Below, in pieces: positions 35,644 to 36,267 of a stretch of 36,267 nt of DNA. This stretch comes from an uncultured Pseudomonadales bacterium. GTDB taxonomy: Bacteria > Patescibacteriota > Microgenomatia > UBA1400 > PJMF01. The translations under genes and the position numbers were made by a program. The notes beneath the pieces were generated by a model. That model was given only the letters and a program-made list of their open reading frames with translations. It was not told the DNA's origin and did not search any database. Each line of letters begins with the position of its first letter. The first letter of the stretch is position 1. The stretch is from assembly GCA_964570775.1 (NCBI GenBank), contig CAZMZI010000001.1, positions 1-36,267 on the forward strand, written 5' to 3'.

Positions 35644-36267
35644 ACAAATCACCAATTATTGTAACTGGACTCAACGGTCTGATTGGTTCTCGATTCAAGC
35701 TCGATTATCAGAATAGCTATGAAATTACTAGTTTTGATATCTCTGATCCTCAAAATCCTGTTGATATAACCAAAAAGGAGCAAGTACTTAAAGCTTGTGA
35801 AGAAAGCCCAGCATCGCACGTTGTGCATTTTGCCGCATACACAGACGTGACAGGTGCATGGAAACAAAGGGATGATAAAAGCGGTCCAGCGTACCAAGTT
35901 AACGTTGTAGGTACACAAAACATTGTTGAAGCCTGCAACAAGACCAACAAACACCTTATTCATATTTCTACAGCCTACGTTTTTGATGGAAAAAACGAAT
36001 CTCTCTACACAGAAAATGACCCTATCAATCCAATAGAGTGGTATGGCTATACCAAAGCACAAGCTGAGCAGGTAGTACAATCAAGTTCAACTAACTGGAC
36101 CATTCTTCGTATTGATCAACCTTTTCGATCAGATATAGTTGAAAGACCAGATATTGTGCGAAGAATTGTGACTGGTATTAAAGAGAATAAACTACCACCT
36201 CAATTTACCAACCATACGTTTGGTCCCACCTACATTAACGACTTTTGTATAGTAATAGACAGGGTAA
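35640..36267 (+). CDS. rfbD: dTDP-4-dehydrorhamnose reductase, 5' part (runs off the right edge).
   Basis: My own translation, not in the ORF track because no stop is reached: MNKSPIIVTGLNGLIGSRF..., HFAAYTDV, HISTAYVFDG, YGYTKAQAEQ (YxxxK). GGAGGG at 35629-35634 lies 5 nt upstream. ATGA overlap with the rfbC stop (35640-35643). Confidence 0.85.
   Translation, partial: MNKSPIIVTGLNGLIGSRFKLDYQNSYEITSFDISDPQNPVDITKKEQVLKACEESPASHVVHFAAYTDVTGAWKQRDDKSGPAYQVNVVGTQNIVEACNKTNKHLIHISTAYVFDGKNESLYTENDPINPIEWYGYTKAQAEQVVQSSSTNWTILRIDQPFRSDIVERPDIVRRIVTGIKENKLPPQFTNHTFGPTYINDFCIVIDRV

Noticed and set aside
35649-36080. 143-aa minus-strand ORF in the ORF track.
   Set aside because: It lies antisense to a plus-strand frame that translates into a clear RmlD (GLNGLIGSRF, STAYVFDG, YGYTKAQAE) with a GGAGGG RBS and an ATGA overlap with rfbC. 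The antisense product is Cys/Phe-rich with no recognisable motif.
1-36267. Possibility of an alternative genetic code (UGA as Gly or Trp, as in some candidate phyla and mollicutes).
   Set aside because: TGA terminates ORFs exactly at ten ATGA junctions where the next gene starts. All homologous proteins have full, uninterrupted lengths under the standard code.
1-36267. Search for CRISPR arrays, tRNA/rRNA genes, IS elements, integrases, DGR template/variable repeats, and toxin-antitoxin or defence genes.
   Set aside because: The largest non-coding gaps are about 73, 61, 34 and 32 bp, so there is no room for RNA genes or arrays. No ORF shows transposase, integrase, reverse-transcriptase or nuclease motifs. 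I saw no long direct or inverted DNA repeats by eye, though I could not run an exhaustive repeat search.

Overview
This is AT-rich bacterial DNA (roughly 35-40% GC by eye, not computed) with almost no intergenic space. It reads cleanly with the standard genetic code: TGA is a genuine stop in ten ATGA start/stop overlaps. I call 32 protein-coding genes, two of them cut by the window edges. By eye I see no rRNA, tRNA, CRISPR array, transposase/integrase or long DNA repeat.

Every gene I can recognise belongs to cell-envelope glycan synthesis:
- 13 large polytopic membrane proteins of GT-C-like types: 7 ArnT/PMT-like paralogues, 2 of a second ArnT/PMT_2-like subtype, 3 PTPS-related/YfhO-like, 1 PIG-V-like.
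- 8 GT2 and 2 GT4 cytoplasmic glycosyltransferases.
- A DUF2304-type small membrane protein, a GalE-like epimerase, a Wzx-type flippase and an LCP (LytR-CpsA-Psr) ligase.
- rfbB-rfbC-rfbD for dTDP-rhamnose.

Architecture, left to right:
- A plus-strand gene pair at the left edge (1-1676).
- A minus-strand 10-gene operon (12213 down to 1680).
- A plus-strand 3-gene block (12236-16223).
- A divergent single-gene pair (16220-17926 minus, 17961-19739 plus).
- A second minus-strand 10-gene operon (32548 down to 19736).
- A plus-strand LCP-rfb block (32622 to the right edge).

All three convergent junctions have 0-3 nt of spacer or overlapping stop codons. The two tightest divergent junctions are only 22 and 34 bp.

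The stand-out signal is the concentration of GT-C-like enzymes, about 21 kb or ~58% of the window. They sit with three DPM1/GtrB-like polyprenyl-phosphate sugar synthase candidates, a flippase and an LCP ligase. I read this as a largely extracytoplasmic glycopolymer assembly or decoration system that I cannot match to a characterised pathway. The gene content fits a Patescibacteria/CPR-like or other monoderm-type bacterium, but taxonomy cannot be established from this window.
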